A DNA stretch of 64,000 nucleotides from an uncultured Bacilli bacterium (GCA_934098665.1 CAKOOO010000002.1:20374-84373), one strand, 5' to 3'. Counted from the first letter of the stretch, positions 1 through 10,596 are shown. Program-made: numbers and translations. The notes: generated by a model not told the origin, from the sequence alone.

Positions 1-2
1 CT

Positions 3-224
3 GCATCAGGAAAATATGTTAAAAGAAAATTAATATCTGCACTAATATGTGGAGTATTATGTATACTTATAAGTATTTATTTATTTTTAAGTACTAAAAA
101 TTTAAAGGCAATTGATTATATTTATAATACATTTATATGTATATGTGGTATAGTTTTTATAATTATGGCTAAAAAAATTGAAATTAAAAAAATTAATGAA
201 TATGTAATAAAGCATAAAATATAG
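3..224 (+). CDS. 3' end of a membrane protein gene truncated by the window edge
   Basis: Frame 3 is open from the window start to TAG at 222-224. The translation is hydrophobic. No family recognised. Confidence 0.3.
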   Translation, partial: ASGKYVKRKLISALICGVLCILISIYLFLSTKNLKAIDYIYNTFICICGIVFIIMAKKIEIKKINEYVIKHKI

Positions 225-246
225 TCTTTATTACATATTTTTTATT

Positions 247-585
247 ATGGAAAGTAAATTAACTAAATTAAATAAAGAGGACTTTATATGGCTTATTTAT
301 ATATTTATTGCAGTATTTGCAATAGTATCTAATTATTATGAAAGAAAATATGTAATATCTAAAAATAAATATTATAAAAATATTTATAAAAAAATTAATA
401 TTATTTTACTTTCTATAGGACTTTTAATATATTTATATTTTGTAATTATAAATTATGAGGATATTAAAAATAGTAAATATGGTTATTTAAAGGAGTTTGC
501 CTCGGTAATGTTTTTAATTGGAGGTGCACTTTTACTTTATATTGAGTATAATAATAGCACTGATATTGAGGAAGGAATTATTTAA
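247..585 (+). CDS. small membrane protein, unknown function
   Basis: 112-aa ORF with about three hydrophobic segments. No recognisable motif. Confidence 0.45.
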   Translation: MESKLTKLNKEDFIWLIYIFIAVFAIVSNYYERKYVISKNKYYKNIYKKINIILLSIGLLIYLYFVIINYEDIKNSKYGYLKEFASVMFLIGGALLLYIEYNNSTDIEEGII

Positions 586-1309
586 AAAAGTAATATTTTT
601 GCCTTGGAAAAAGTTTAATATTTTTTTCTTTAATATAATTTGTTACAGAATAAACTTTAATATTATTTTCATATAAACATGGTATTAAATTTTCTATAGC
701 ATTTAAAGTTGTTTTATATGAATCATGAAATAAAAATATATCCCCTTCATTTATATTTGCTTTAACATATTTTTCTATATAAGCACTATCTTTATATTTC
801 CAGTCATTTGTATCTTTATTCCATAATATAAAGGGTGTATTTATATTTTTTATAACATTTTTATTTATACTACCATAAGGTGGCCTTACGTATGATAAAT
901 AATCTTTAGTAATTTCATAATATATTTTTTCAGTTTTATCAAAATCATTTTTTATTTGTTTACCTTTTTTCTTAGTTAATAGTTTATGATCATAACTATG
1001 GTAACCTATTTCACTATGCGAGTTATATACTTTTTTTATAACATCTTTTTGAGAGTTTATTTTATTTCCCACGACAAAAAATGTTGCGGACATATTATAT
1101 TTTTCAAGTACATTTAAAATGTGCAAAGTGTTATCATTATTTGGTCCATCATCAAATGTAAAAATAACCCCTGTTTGGGTACTTGTAAAAGCAGTTTTAC
1201 TTTCTTTATAAGAAATTATAAATACAAATGATGTAAATAAAATTAATAATAAACATATTTTTATTTTCATTATTAAATTATATGAAAAAAGAAAGATTTT
1301 ATTTTTCAT
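578..1309 (-). CDS. polysaccharide deacetylase (NodB/CE4 domain), membrane-anchored or secreted
   Basis: Motifs FTFDDGP, GYHSYDH and RPPYG, with an N-terminal hydrophobic segment. Start uncertain (M1 or M14). Confidence 0.8.
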   Translation of the reverse strand: MKNKIFLFSYNLIMKIKICLLLILFTSFVFIISYKESKTAFTSTQTGVIFTFDDGPNNDNTLHILNVLEKYNMSATFFVVGNKINSQKDVIKKVYNSHSEIGYHSYDHKLLTKKKGKQIKNDFDKTEKIYYEITKDYLSYVRPPYGSINKNVIKNINTPFILWNKDTNDWKYKDSAYIEKYVKANINEGDIFLFHDSYKTTLNAIENLIPCLYENNIKVYSVTNYIKEKNIKLFPRQKYYFFK

Positions 1310-3821
1310 CTTCCTTTAGTTTGTATAAAAAGTTTAATGCCTCAAGGGGAGTCATGTTAAGTACATCAACATCCTTTAAAAGGTTTTCCTTACTTTCTTT
1401 ATTTTCAGTAAAATCCATGGAAAGCTGAGTTGTATTTGTTTCTTTTTTAGTGCTTTGACTTTCAAGTGTATTAAGTATTTCATTTGCTCTTTTGATAAGT
1501 GGTGTTGGAAGCCCTGCGATAAGGGCAACATGTACTCCATAACTTTTATCAATGGCCCCAGGTTTTACTTTATGAAGGAAAATAAGCTCACTTCCCTCTT
1601 CTTTAGCATCAACATGGACATTTTTTATTTCACTATATTTCTTATCAAGACTAGTTAGTTCATGATAATGAGTTGAAAATAAAGTTTTCGCATGAATATT
1701 TTCCATAATATATTCAATAATACTTTGAGCAAGAGCCATACCATCATAAGTTGCCGTTCCTCTTCCTAGTTCATCAAATAAAATTAAACTATTTTCTGTA
1801 GCGTTTCTAATAGCCATGTTAGCTTCACTCATTTCTACCATAAATGTAGATTTTCCGCCCGCTAAATCATCTGATGCACCAATTCTTGTAAATATTTTAT
1901 CTATAATAGGAAGATTTGCCTCTTTACAAGGAACAAAACAACCTATTTGAGCCATTATTATAGTAATTGCAATTTGCCTCATATAAGTAGATTTACCGCT
2001 CATATTAGGACCTGTTATTAAAAGGGCATTAACATTTTTACCCATTTTACAGTCATTTGCTACATAAGATGAATTTAAAGTATTTTCTACCACTGGATGA
2101 CGCCCATCAATAATTTCCAAAATATGTTCATTATTTAGTGTTGGTCTTACTAAATTATATTTTTCTGTATCAATAGAAAAGGATACAATTACATCTAAAT
2201 AACTTAAATTTTCTGCAGTTTTACGAAGAAGTGATACATATTTTTTTACTTCACTTTTTACCTGCATAAAAAGATTATATTCTAAATTAATTATTTTTTC
2301 TTCTGCATTTAAAATTAAATCTTCCTTTTCCTTTAACTCTGGTGATATAAATCTTTCTCCATTTGCAAGAGTTTGTTTTCTTTCAAAACCAAATTTTTCT
2401 GCATCTTTTGCTTGAGCTTTACTGATTTCAATGTAATAACCAAATACTTTATTAAAACCAACTTTTAAATTTTTAAAACCAGTTTTTTCTTTAATATCAT
2501 TTTCAAATTTAGCAATGAAATCTTTGCCATTTTTTTTAATTTCCTTTAAATCGTCAAGTTCTTTATTAAAGCCATCTTTAATTAGATACCCATCTTTTAA
2601 AGTAACGGGAGGCATTTCATAAATTGATTTTTCAAGTAAATCATAAATATTTTCAAATGTATTTATTTCTAAATTAAACCCAAGTTTTTGATTAATTTCA
2701 TTTATTTCCGGTAATACCTCAATACTTTTTTTCATCTGGAGCATATCACGGGCATTAAATGAACCATTTGTAAGTTTACCAGTTAAACGCTCTAGATCAT
2801 AAACCTGTGATAAAAGATGCGATAATCTATCTTTTAAAATAAATTCATCATTTAATTTTTGAATCATATCATATCTTTGATTTAAAACTTTCTCATCCTT
2901 AATAGGAAATAAAATCATATTACGTAGTCTTCGACTTCCCATAGCGGTTTTACATTTATCAAGAAGCCAAAGTAGTGAAAACTCTCTTTCTCTATTTCTA
3001 GATGTTTCCGTAAGTTCAAGATTAACAAGAGAAAAAGTATCCATATATAAATATTCATCATTATCTAAAACTTCTATATCATCGATTGAGGATAAATCTT
3101 TTAAATTACTTTTTAAATAGCCAAATAATAATTTAACACCAATTTTACACCTTACATCAGTAAGATGTGATAATATGCTATCACTAACATTTTCATCAAG
3201 TTCATTATAATAATCTATTTCAACGTTATAAACACTTTTTAAATCGTTTATTAAACAAATATCTTCATTATCCTTAACAATAACTTCTTTAACATTATAT
3301 TTTACTATTTCACAAAAAAGTTTAGTTTTATTTTTTAGCATTTTTTCACTTAATAATTTTCCTGTAGAAATATCTAAACTTGTTAAAATATATACATCTG
3401 GATATATAAGAAGTGATGATACAAAAGAGTTTTCTGTTTTATCAAGCAGTTCAAGATCTGCGATAGTTCCTTTTGAAATAACCTCAGTTACACCCCTTTT
3501 AACCATCCCTTTCGTGGTTTTTGGGTCTTCGAGCTGCTCACAAATAGCCACTCTATAGCCTTTATTAATTACTTTTTCAATATAATTTTTTACAGCATGA
3601 TAAGGAACTCCACACATAGGAACTCTTTCAGAAAGTCCAGCAACACGGCCAGTTAAAGTAAGTTCAAGTTCTTTCGAAGCAATAAGTGCATCTTCGAAAA
3701 AAAGTTCATAAAAGTCTCCGAGTCTATAAAAAAGTAGGACATCAGGATATTTATCTTTTATTTCCATATATTGGGCCATCATAGGACTTAATTTATTTCT
3801 ATCTACTTCACATCTTTTCAT
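1299..3821 (-). CDS. mutS: DNA mismatch repair protein MutS
   Basis: 840 aa. N-terminal MMAQYMEIK...LLFYRLGDFYELFFEDA, Walker A GPNMSGKST, and STFMVEM. Confidence 0.95.
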   Translation of the reverse strand: MKRCEVDRNKLSPMMAQYMEIKDKYPDVLLFYRLGDFYELFFEDALIASKELELTLTGRVAGLSERVPMCGVPYHAVKNYIEKVINKGYRVAICEQLEDPKTTKGMVKRGVTEVISKGTIADLELLDKTENSFVSSLLIYPDVYILTSLDISTGKLLSEKMLKNKTKLFCEIVKYNVKEVIVKDNEDICLINDLKSVYNVEIDYYNELDENVSDSILSHLTDVRCKIGVKLLFGYLKSNLKDLSSIDDIEVLDNDEYLYMDTFSLVNLELTETSRNREREFSLLWLLDKCKTAMGSRRLRNMILFPIKDEKVLNQRYDMIQKLNDEFILKDRLSHLLSQVYDLERLTGKLTNGSFNARDMLQMKKSIEVLPEINEINQKLGFNLEINTFENIYDLLEKSIYEMPPVTLKDGYLIKDGFNKELDDLKEIKKNGKDFIAKFENDIKEKTGFKNLKVGFNKVFGYYIEISKAQAKDAEKFGFERKQTLANGERFISPELKEKEDLILNAEEKIINLEYNLFMQVKSEVKKYVSLLRKTAENLSYLDVIVSFSIDTEKYNLVRPTLNNEHILEIIDGRHPVVENTLNSSYVANDCKMGKNVNALLITGPNMSGKSTYMRQIAITIIMAQIGCFVPCKEANLPIIDKIFTRIGASDDLAGGKSTFMVEMSEANMAIRNATENSLILFDELGRGTATYDGMALAQSIIEYIMENIHAKTLFSTHYHELTSLDKKYSEIKNVHVDAKEEGSELIFLHKVKPGAIDKSYGVHVALIAGLPTPLIKRANEILNTLESQSTKKETNTTQLSMDFTENKESKENLLKDVDVLNMTPLEALNFLYKLKEDEK

Positions 3822-3823
3822 AT

Positions 3824-4675
3824 TTAAAATTCATCTAATAAGTAAAGAGGATTATTTTTCTTAATTATCTTTTTAAGATCTCTACTTAATTTACTTCTTG
3901 CATCCTTTCTTCTTTTTATATCTAAAATTATATTTAAATAAAGACAAAATATATTTTTATCAAATAATATATCATGCATTTTATATGTGTCAAAAGTTTC
4001 GAGAATTTTTTTAGTGGCAATAAACGCACATTTTCCTTCGTTATCATTTGAAAGTGATAATACCTCACACATATCACAGTACATTACTCTTAAAAAATAT
4101 TCAAAATAATTATTAATAAAAACTATATCTTCATCATTATTTTTTTCTTTAATAGCATTATATATTAAATCACTAACATTTTCCCCGTGACACATCAAAG
4201 AATATTTAAGTACTAAATTAATTAATTTATCTTTTAATAAATCATTTAAAAATAATATATCCCATCTTAATGATTTAATGTTTTTTTCAAAATACTTATC
4301 ACCTTTTAAACTGTTTTCTTTTTTAGAAAGAGTGTCTTCGTTTAAAAAGTTTTTAAAATAAACATTTATTATATCTTTACCAAATATCTTACTATCCAAA
4401 AACAAATTTTTATAATCATCTATTTTAAAATTATTAGTTAAATAAAATACATAATACATTTCATTAATTACACTTCTATATAGTTTTTCACTTTCATTAA
4501 AAAGTGAATTTTTTATATCTTTATAAAGACTATCAATTACATTTTCATTTAAAAGTTTTTCAATGTTTTTCTTAAGAAAACTAGTAAGGTCTTTAGAGTT
4601 TGCAAACGAAAATATACTAATGTTATTTTTATCTAAAAGCGTTTTAATTAAATAACTTTGTGCTTCACTAAACAT
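3824..4675 (-). CDS. hypothetical helical protein
   Basis: 283-aa ORF preceded by the G9 tract. No motif recognised. Confidence 0.55.
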   Translation of the reverse strand: MFSEAQSYLIKTLLDKNNISIFSFANSKDLTSFLKKNIEKLLNENVIDSLYKDIKNSLFNESEKLYRSVINEMYYVFYLTNNFKIDDYKNLFLDSKIFGKDIINVYFKNFLNEDTLSKKENSLKGDKYFEKNIKSLRWDILFLNDLLKDKLINLVLKYSLMCHGENVSDLIYNAIKEKNNDEDIVFINNYFEYFLRVMYCDMCEVLSLSNDNEGKCAFIATKKILETFDTYKMHDILFDKNIFCLYLNIILDIKRRKDARSKLSRDLKKIIKKNNPLYLLDEF

Positions 4676-4705
4676 AAAACCCCCCCCCTTTAAATTATAA
4701 CATAA

Positions 4706-5695
4706 TTAATTATTTTTTAAATAGTTAAGTGCATCATCAAAAGTTTTTACCATTACAAGGGAAAATGTAAAATTATTATCTTTATAAACTTTTTTAGCTT
4801 CTTCATAGTTTTTTTCAGGAACAAAAAATATATCTGCGCCATCATTTTGAGCACCAAGCATTTTATATTTAACTCCGCCAATTTCACCAATAGTGCCATC
4901 TAAAGAAATTGTACCAGTACCCATTACATTTTTGCCTTTTGCTATATCTTCGCTATTTATATAATCATAAATTGCAAGTGATAGCATAAGTCCTCCCGAA
5001 GAACCAGCTTCTGATGATTTTGTCTTAATATTAATTTCTGGGTCAATTTCATAATCATAATTTGTACTAATTGCAATGCCGACTTTTTTTTCACCTTCAA
5101 AATCTTTTACATAAGCATATTTTTCTTTACCATTTGTAAGAGTAAAAATTATTTTATCACCTATATTTTTACTTTTTACATACTCCTGAAATTCCTTTAG
5201 TTCATTAAATTTATTTCCATCAATTAATTTTATTTCATCAAGAACTTTTAAATTAGTTTTACTATCCTCACTTACAAGTGTAATATAGTGATGAGCATCT
5301 TTGGTAGTTATAGTTTTACCCGCTTTTTGATATGCAACATAACTTGCTTTATAAAGTGAGTCTTTAAGATCTAATTGTTCAAGTTTAAATAAAGTATTAT
5401 AATCATAAATTGATATATCACTTTGCTTTTTAATATCCCAATTTTTCATAAAAATAGATACAAAAAGCGTAGGTATATTTCCCTTTACAACAGATACATA
5501 ATTCATTGAATATGATCCATTAAAAAAGCTATCTATACCGCTTATTCTTTCATTTAAATTTATTGAGCCACCTGTTTTATATATTACAAAAGGAAGGTGC
5601 AGAAAAGAAATAAAAATAATAAATATTATAAAAATTATTTCTTTATAACAACTTTTAATAAAACTAATTAATTTTTCATATAATTTACTAAACAT
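4706..5695 (-). CDS. YlbL/SepM-like membrane serine protease (PDZ plus Lon-type S16 domain)
   Basis: N-terminal TM segment. C-terminal EAGSSGGLMLSLAIYD...GTGTISLDGTIGEIGGVKYK resembles the Lon_C catalytic region. Confidence 0.7.
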   Translation of the reverse strand: MFSKLYEKLISFIKSCYKEIIFIIFIIFISFLHLPFVIYKTGGSINLNERISGIDSFFNGSYSMNYVSVVKGNIPTLFVSIFMKNWDIKKQSDISIYDYNTLFKLEQLDLKDSLYKASYVAYQKAGKTITTKDAHHYITLVSEDSKTNLKVLDEIKLIDGNKFNELKEFQEYVKSKNIGDKIIFTLTNGKEKYAYVKDFEGEKKVGIAISTNYDYEIDPEINIKTKSSEAGSSGGLMLSLAIYDYINSEDIAKGKNVMGTGTISLDGTIGEIGGVKYKMLGAQNDGADIFFVPEKNYEEAKKVYKDNNFTFSLVMVKTFDDALNYLKNN

Positions 5696-5734
5696 TTTAT
5701 CACCTACTGTATTATAACAAAAAAAATAAGAAAT

Positions 5735-6604
5735 ATGAATAAAAAAAACATAAATATTTTATTTAATTTAATAATATTTTATTTAATATTTAAAGTGTTT
5801 TTTAATAATGCTTTATTTTATAATTCAATAATATTATCTTTAAAAATGTTTATTTATAAAGTATTTCCTTTTTTATTTATAATGATGATATTAAATAAAA
5901 TGTTAATTAGTTTTAACTTCCCATATTATTTAAATAAAATATTTAAAAAAAAAGAAATTTATATAATGATAATGAGTATGCTATCTGGAAGTCCAATTAA
6001 TGCTATAATTTTAAATGATTATTTAAAAAATAAACAAATAAATGAAAAAAGTGCTAGCATAACTTTAATGTTTACAACGTTTAATAATCCACTTTTTTTA
6101 TATAACTATTTTTTAAGTAATTTTACTAAAAAAGATACATTTATTCTAATGAGCATAATATATATATCCAATATAATAATTTATTTAATATTTAAAAATA
6201 AAATTGTTATAGATACTAATAATAAATTTATTATCTATAATATTAAAAATGAATTATTTAATAATATTTATAATTCTTTAGAAAGTTTAATAAAAATAAT
6301 GGGTATAATTATATTTTTTAAAGTAATAACTGACCTTTTATTTATAAATGAAAGTTATTTTACATCACTTTTAAAAGGACTAATTGAACTTACTACAGGC
6401 TTAAATAGTTTAAATAATTTTTCTTATTCATTACTAAAAAAAATAATAGCGTTAACTATTATTTCTTTTGCATCTTTATCAATTCATATGCAAATAAGTA
6501 TTATTTTAAGTAGTTATAAAATTAATTATAAATATTTTTATTTATCAAGAATTTTGCTTATTTTAATAAATATTATTCTACTTTGTTTGCAAACGTTAAT
6601 ATAA
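5735..6604 (+). CDS. polytopic membrane protein, possibly YlbJ-like (nucleoside-recognition/Gate type)
   Basis: 289 aa with many TM segments. It sits next to a ylbL-like gene, as in Bacillus. The assignment rests on weak similarity only. Confidence 0.4.
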   Translation: MNKKNINILFNLIIFYLIFKVFFNNALFYNSIILSLKMFIYKVFPFLFIMMILNKMLISFNFPYYLNKIFKKKEIYIMIMSMLSGSPINAIILNDYLKNKQINEKSASITLMFTTFNNPLFLYNYFLSNFTKKDTFILMSIIYISNIIIYLIFKNKIVIDTNNKFIIYNIKNELFNNIYNSLESLIKIMGIIIFFKVITDLLFINESYFTSLLKGLIELTTGLNSLNNFSYSLLKKIIALTIISFASLSIHMQISIILSSYKINYKYFYLSRILLILINIILLCLQTLI

Positions 6605-7091
6605 TATCATCTAAAGTATTATTATTTGATACTGAGTTATTTTTATTTGAGGTTGTAACAATAAAACTACATGTATATAGTTTATTTGTAAGTGCTCCAT
6701 CACCAATATCTGTGCAAGTAATATCTTCGATTTTAGCACCTTTTATAGTCCATGTTTTTTTAATTTCACCTTTTACTTTATATTGAAATTTATATACATC
6801 TTTATCATTTTCTTTTACTGTATAATAAGAAATTTCATAAGTATTTTCGCCTGTTAAAGTAAGAGTTTTACCGCTTATATTATAACTAGTTATATTATCA
6901 CAAATTAAATCATCTTCGATAGTAGTAACAATATCAATACGGTTTGCTTGATTAGAATTTGCTATAAAATCATTATTTCTTTCAAAAGTTACACTAGAAA
7001 GTAAGTTATATAAAAACAGTAAAACAACTGATATTAAAGCAACACTTACAATAAGTTCAACCATTGTCATACCTTTATTATTTAGTTTCAT
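6573..7091 (-). CDS. type IV pilin-like pseudopilin (prepilin N-terminal cleavage/methylation motif)
   Basis: MKLNNKG|MTMVELIVSVAL is a class III signal peptide with Glu at +5. The ATG overlaps the upstream stop codon (ATGA), so M4 of the track ORF was chosen as the start. Confidence 0.75.
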   Translation of the reverse strand: MKLNNKGMTMVELIVSVALISVVLLFLYNLLSSVTFERNNDFIANSNQANRIDIVTTIEDDLICDNITSYNISGKTLTLTGENTYEISYYTVKENDKDVYKFQYKVKGEIKKTWTIKGAKIEDITCTDIGDGALTNKLYTCSFIVTTSNKNNSVSNNNTLDDIILTFANKVE

Positions 7092-8041
7092 TTTATACAT
7101 TTACCTCCAATAGTTTTTTCTGTAAAAACATAAGGATTATTAATTGTTCCCTCACCTATAAATAAAGCATCAGCACTTATATTAATTACAGGTTTAACCT
7201 TTGAATTTGATGATACAAGCCTATCAGTACTTGACGAGCCATTTAAATAATATACATATGCACCACCACTATATCTTGAGGGACTCATTGTATATGTATT
7301 ACTTACCTGCCCCGTTAAAAGGCTTTCCTCTATTGTTGGAAGTCCTATATTTAAATTTAATGTATCTAAAGTATTATCACAAGAAAAACTTTGAATATTA
7401 TTTTTATTTATACCGTAGCTATAAAAATACTGCGTTGTAGTTCCATAGCCGTCCGCTAAATTATTATTTCCCTTACTTGGGGTTAAATATGCAATGCGGT
7501 TAGAGCAATAATTTTCATATTTAATATATTTTTCATATTTAGTACCAGAAAAGTTAGTATTATACCAATCATCTAAAAATATTTTTACAGTGCTATCATT
7601 TAATAAACCATTACCATTTTTATTTGAGTATTTAAATCCTACATAAACGGCATCATTACTAATGCTATTAAACATGCTAGATAAATCTTCACCATTATAA
7701 ATAAGTCTAAAACTACCATCACTATTTTTTAAAAGTACTTTCCAAGTAATATCTTTACCTATATTATTTCCAGTTTGATATTTACCAAACTTAACATAAA
7801 TAGGCTCTTTATAATAAGTAATACCTGATAAAGTGCCTTTATTTTTATTATCTAAATTTAATGGACTACTTCCAACACTTTCTGTAACAAAATAAGATTT
7901 TTTTAAATCGTTTTTTATTAATTTAAAATTTAAACGATTATTTGAATAAGTAGTCATGATTAAAACAAGTAGCATGCAAAATACTAGAAAAAATGAATAA
8001 ATCATTGAAATTGAAATTACACCTTTTTTATCTTTAATCAT
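7088..8041 (-). CDS. minor pseudopilin carrying the lectin-like module shared with the large surface-protein family
   Basis: MIKDKKG|VISISMIY leader-like N-terminus without E5. Internal WKVLLKN..FRLIYNG, YVGFKY and DDWYN motifs, and C-terminal KVKPVINIS...GEGTINNPYVF, parallel those of the four large paralogs. Confidence 0.6.
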   Translation of the reverse strand: MIKDKKGVISISMIYSFFLVFCMLLVLIMTTYSNNRLNFKLIKNDLKKSYFVTESVGSSPLNLDNKNKGTLSGITYYKEPIYVKFGKYQTGNNIGKDITWKVLLKNSDGSFRLIYNGEDLSSMFNSISNDAVYVGFKYSNKNGNGLLNDSTVKIFLDDWYNTNFSGTKYEKYIKYENYCSNRIAYLTPSKGNNNLADGYGTTTQYFYSYGINKNNIQSFSCDNTLDTLNLNIGLPTIEESLLTGQVSNTYTMSPSRYSGGAYVYYLNGSSSTDRLVSSNSKVKPVINISADALFIGEGTINNPYVFTEKTIGGKCIK

Positions 8042-8873
8042 AATACACCCACGATAGATAATATGCATTTTCACACGCCATTGAATAGCTTATATCATCC
8101 TGATTATAATAATCATTTAATTTATTTTCACAACCATTAAGGTTACCTTCACATACTTTATTTTGAATACATGATTTATAACCACCTTTTACTAAACCAG
8201 AGTTTTCATCCCCATTTTTCTTTTCATAATATAAAGCAATTAATATTCCATTACCATTTGCATCATTTTTATTTAAAGTAAGCATAAACTCCCTTAAATT
8301 ACTATCAGAGTATTTTTCAGTATAATCTTTAAAATTAATGCACTTATTTTTTAAACTTTCATCAGTAAAACCCTCTACATCTTCATTAACACATTTTTTT
8401 ATATTAGATATATCTTCGGTTTTAAGATATATAAGCATTTTAAATTTATAAAGCTTATTTGCATTATTTATATATGAATTATCATTAAATATTGATATAT
8501 AATTTTCCGCAGAACAGAAAAGTTTTCCATCACTATCCTTTTCATATTTGGTGCAAAATTTTGACTCTGTATTAAATAAATAAACAAAATTATATTTAAG
8601 GGAGTTTTTATTAATATCTTTATCAAGTGCATCCCCACCATCATAATTATTACCATTACGAGCATTGTCAAAAACGCTTGTATTAGCACTTTCAATTACT
8701 GCATCACGAATATATAAAGTTTTATAAATATATGATATATCATCATAATAAAGTCTTTTTCTTTCATCTAAAACTCTTTTACTAAAATTTGAATACAAAA
8801 AAATAAGAGTTGTAGTTAAAACAACAGTAACAATAATTGTTTCTATAAATACAAAACCCTTATTATTTTTCAT
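8034..8873 (-). CDS. type IV pilin-like pseudopilin
   Basis: MKNNKG|FVFIETIIVTVVL prepilin motif with E5. First gene of an overlapping three-gene operon. Confidence 0.7.
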   Translation of the reverse strand: MKNNKGFVFIETIIVTVVLTTTLIFLYSNFSKRVLDERKRLYYDDISYIYKTLYIRDAVIESANTSVFDNARNGNNYDGGDALDKDINKNSLKYNFVYLFNTESKFCTKYEKDSDGKLFCSAENYISIFNDNSYINNANKLYKFKMLIYLKTEDISNIKKCVNEDVEGFTDESLKNKCINFKDYTEKYSDSNLREFMLTLNKNDANGNGILIALYYEKKNGDENSGLVKGGYKSCIQNKVCEGNLNGCENKLNDYYNQDDISYSMACENAYYLSWVYYD

Positions 8874-8881
8874 ATCACACC

Positions 8882-8925
8882 TACTATAACAATTATAAAC
8901 TAAAAATAGTCTAATTTCAATAATT
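8882..8925 (-). promoter_or_regulatory. promoter cassette copy a (TTGAAA-17-TATAAT) in front of the pseudopilin operon
   Basis: On the minus strand the -35 TTGAAA lies at 8915-8920 and the -10 TATAAT at 8892-8897, with a 17-nt spacer. The same ~45-nt block recurs at 10597 and 13001. Confidence 0.55.
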
Positions 8926-10583
8926 TAATAAATCATAGGAACTTTACTATTTTCGATGGCTTCCATTTTTTCTTTTTCATATAATAAATCAAGATATACA
9001 CGATAATATTTTTTAAACAAATTTTCTAGATAAGTAGTTATTTCTTTTCCTGATGAAAATATTGAATAATCTATTCCATTAAATGTATAAGATGGATCTA
9101 AAAGAAGTATTTCTTTTTTTATTTTATCTATTTCCTTTAGTAAATTATTTATATATTTAGTATAAATATTTTCTTGAGTTTTATCCATTTGCTCTAAAGT
9201 TTTATTATTTATAGTACTTATCACATCTATTTTTGATACATTACCACTTACTTTTATTAAAATTGGCATTAAATATTTTCTAAAAGTTTTAATAAAACTA
9301 TTTGCATCATTATAATCAAGTGTTTTTTTACCATATAAATAATCAATTACATTTTGCCTTTCACTCATTAAATAAACTATTATTTCTTTTTTAGTATCTT
9401 CATCATTACTATATTTTAAAATGTCAACAAGTTTTTCTAAATCACTAATAATTTCATAATTTGAACTAACCTTTTCACCTCTTAATGTTTTAATCATATT
9501 TTGAATTAAATTCATAATATCATAGTAATTTCCATTTTTTTCATAAATTTGATTTAAACTACTTTTTAAATTTTCTAAACTTATAATTGCATTTGTATAT
9601 AAAGTATTATTTGTATTTAATGAAAGAGTATCATAACTACTAAATAAACCATTATTATACGTGCTAACTATAGCATCAACTTTTTGTTTTACTTCGTTTT
9701 TATTTATTCCTATAAAGTCAATACTTGTTACTTCTTTTGCTAAAGATAATATTTTTTTAGCTTCACTTGTTAATTTATCTGAAAAAAGATTATTATCATT
9801 TACATTAGTATTTTCATAACTTTTTTCTCTAACTACAGTAAACTCTTTTTTAATAGGAAAACTTGGAAACAAACTAGTTATTAATTCATCACTAATTACT
9901 GGACCTTTTAAAGTAAAACTTTTTACATATAAAGTTGAAAGTATTCTTTTGCTATCAAGATATTCCTTTACTGGTTTACAGTTTCTAGCATCATCAAACT
10001 TATATAAATTATGTTTATAGATAAAATCTATTGAACCATATTTATTATAACTTTTTTCATTTTTTTCAAGCTTTGAATATATTAAATTAAAAAATCTATT
10101 TATATCATTAACAAATTTAATTAATTCTTTTTCATTATTATAAGTTAACGTAAAATTAGAGCCCGCAAAAAGGTTCAAACAACGATTATCACCACTTAAA
10201 TAAAGTCTTGAGAAAAGGTCAAAATCACAAGGAATTGTAATATTATTTATTGGTCTTAAACTTCTAAAAGCATATTCATAAACCTTATTTGTTTTATTAT
10301 GAACAGTTAAACTATTAATTTTAACATCATAAAAACAAAATCCATAACTATCTATTTCTAAATTAGTGCCATCTAAATCAATATCTAAATTCATATCCCC
10401 TGTAACACGTTTATCTAATATTATTTCCCCACATGCATAACTGCATACTCTTCTATATCCACTATGAAGAGTAATTTTATAATTCTCATTTTTAAGTAGT
10501 CTTTGCAAGCTATAAGGCACCCTAAAAGATTTAACATCACCATAGTCATTTACAATTTCTAAATTAATAATATTTTCTTCCAT
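8925..10583 (-). CDS. hypothetical cytoplasmic protein, paralog of 10648-12987
   Basis: 552 aa with no signal peptide. The C-terminal ~450 aa are colinear with the neighbouring gene (for example ...ILLLDPSYTFNGIDYS.FSSGKEI..YLENL.KKYYRVYLDLLYEKEKME). Confidence 0.7.
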   Translation of the reverse strand: MEENIINLEIVNDYGDVKSFRVPYSLQRLLKNENYKITLHSGYRRVCSYACGEIILDKRVTGDMNLDIDLDGTNLEIDSYGFCFYDVKINSLTVHNKTNKVYEYAFRSLRPINNITIPCDFDLFSRLYLSGDNRCLNLFAGSNFTLTYNNEKELIKFVNDINRFFNLIYSKLEKNEKSYNKYGSIDFIYKHNLYKFDDARNCKPVKEYLDSKRILSTLYVKSFTLKGPVISDELITSLFPSFPIKKEFTVVREKSYENTNVNDNNLFSDKLTSEAKKILSLAKEVTSIDFIGINKNEVKQKVDAIVSTYNNGLFSSYDTLSLNTNNTLYTNAIISLENLKSSLNQIYEKNGNYYDIMNLIQNMIKTLRGEKVSSNYEIISDLEKLVDILKYSNDEDTKKEIIVYLMSERQNVIDYLYGKKTLDYNDANSFIKTFRKYLMPILIKVSGNVSKIDVISTINNKTLEQMDKTQENIYTKYINNLLKEIDKIKKEILLLDPSYTFNGIDYSIFSSGKEITTYLENLFKKYYRVYLDLLYEKEKMEAIENSKVPMIY

Positions 10584-10596
10584 ATCTAATACCCTT

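Noticed and set aside
578-3821. Absence of mutL downstream of mutS.
   Set aside because: The gene order differs from Bacillus, with a deacetylase following mutS. mutL may simply be elsewhere in the genome, so this is not informative on its own.
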